A stretch of 64,000 nucleotides of DNA. It comes from Mobula hypostoma (Eukaryota). The position numbers were made by a program, and so were the translations under genes. The notes under the pieces are model-generated. The model was given only the letters and a program-made list of their open reading frames with translations, ran no database searches and had not been told where the DNA came from. This document shows positions 63,229 through 64,000 of this stretch, piece by piece; position 1 is the stretch's first letter, and the number at the start of each line of letters is the position of its first letter. Location of the stretch: positions 134,728,001 to 134,792,000 of the forward strand of contig NC_086097.1 in assembly GCF_963921235.1 (NCBI RefSeq), in the 5' to 3' direction.

Positions 63229-64000
63229 TAGAACTAGATAGAATTTTACACTGAGTTTGAAAGGGTCACAGTTCAAGGAGTTGGTGGAGGCAAGTGAAAA
63301 CAAAGTACATAGAACATTACAGCGCACAATACTGGGGCAATCTTCTCCCTTGCATTCCCTGATTTCCAACTGTTTACTAGTGGCCATTCCTTCAGCTGTC
63401 CAAGTCCGACCACCGGAAATCTCTGCCTTCTTGAAGATTTTCCTGACTAACCTACATATTGGCCTTTTCATCTAAAAGCATCTTATATAGCTTGACATCA
63501 GAGTTAGTCTGTCAATGCTGTCATGCAACTTGAAACAGCTTTACTTCATGGAAGGTGGTATCTACATGCAAACTTTACAGAGGAAGTGACCAACTTGTTT
63601 CACTGTCTGAACTGCATGAAGCCAAAACAAAATCCTGCCCTTGTCATCTGAGGCACCATGACCATAAAGTTTACCTTGGAGAATTTCAGAAAGAAAAACA
63701 ATATTAAAAGGCAGGAAATTTAATTTCACTCCATAGCCCAATTAAAAACACCAGTGGAAGGAAAAATACAAATATAAAACACCAAATGTATGGAGCAAAA
63801 ATCAAGCTGTTTGAGTAACTCAGTCAGGCAGCAATGGACAGTTGACCTTCAGGTTGAGACCCTGTTTGGAAAGATGGAGCAATTTGGATAAAGGATCATG
63901 ACACAAAACATCATTTCCCTCCACAGATGCTGCCTGACTCAGTTCTTCAGACAGCTCTTCTGTCTCCAATGTTAAGGAGCAGCTTTACAATACTAGGTCT

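Overview
Repeat-dense vertebrate genomic DNA, most likely a cartilaginous fish such as a ray or shark (inferred from HE1-type V-SINEs, Deu-domain SINEs, and CR1, Rex1 and Penelope families). No complete host coding gene is visible; nearly all listed ORFs are transposon fragments or chance. A CpG island promoter (~31.45-31.97 kb) with a non-coding first exon points leftward (minus strand), and two candidate micro-exons lie at 21.1 and 4.9 kb, so the left half is probably intronic. The rest is a nested stack of mobile elements: Penelope (RT + GIY-YIG) copies, Rex1, CR1, L1, a decayed Gypsy, solo LTRs, Tc1-like MITEs, SINEs and a 1.6-kb G-quadruplex-type minisatellite. Most notable are (1) minimal hammerhead ribozymes in at least 12 Penelope terminal repeats, one perfect; (2) a Penelope end plus its unique genomic flank copied 14 kb away; (3) a highly structured RTE-derived non-coding element with possible kissing loops; (4) a composite MITE carrying the G4 minisatellite.
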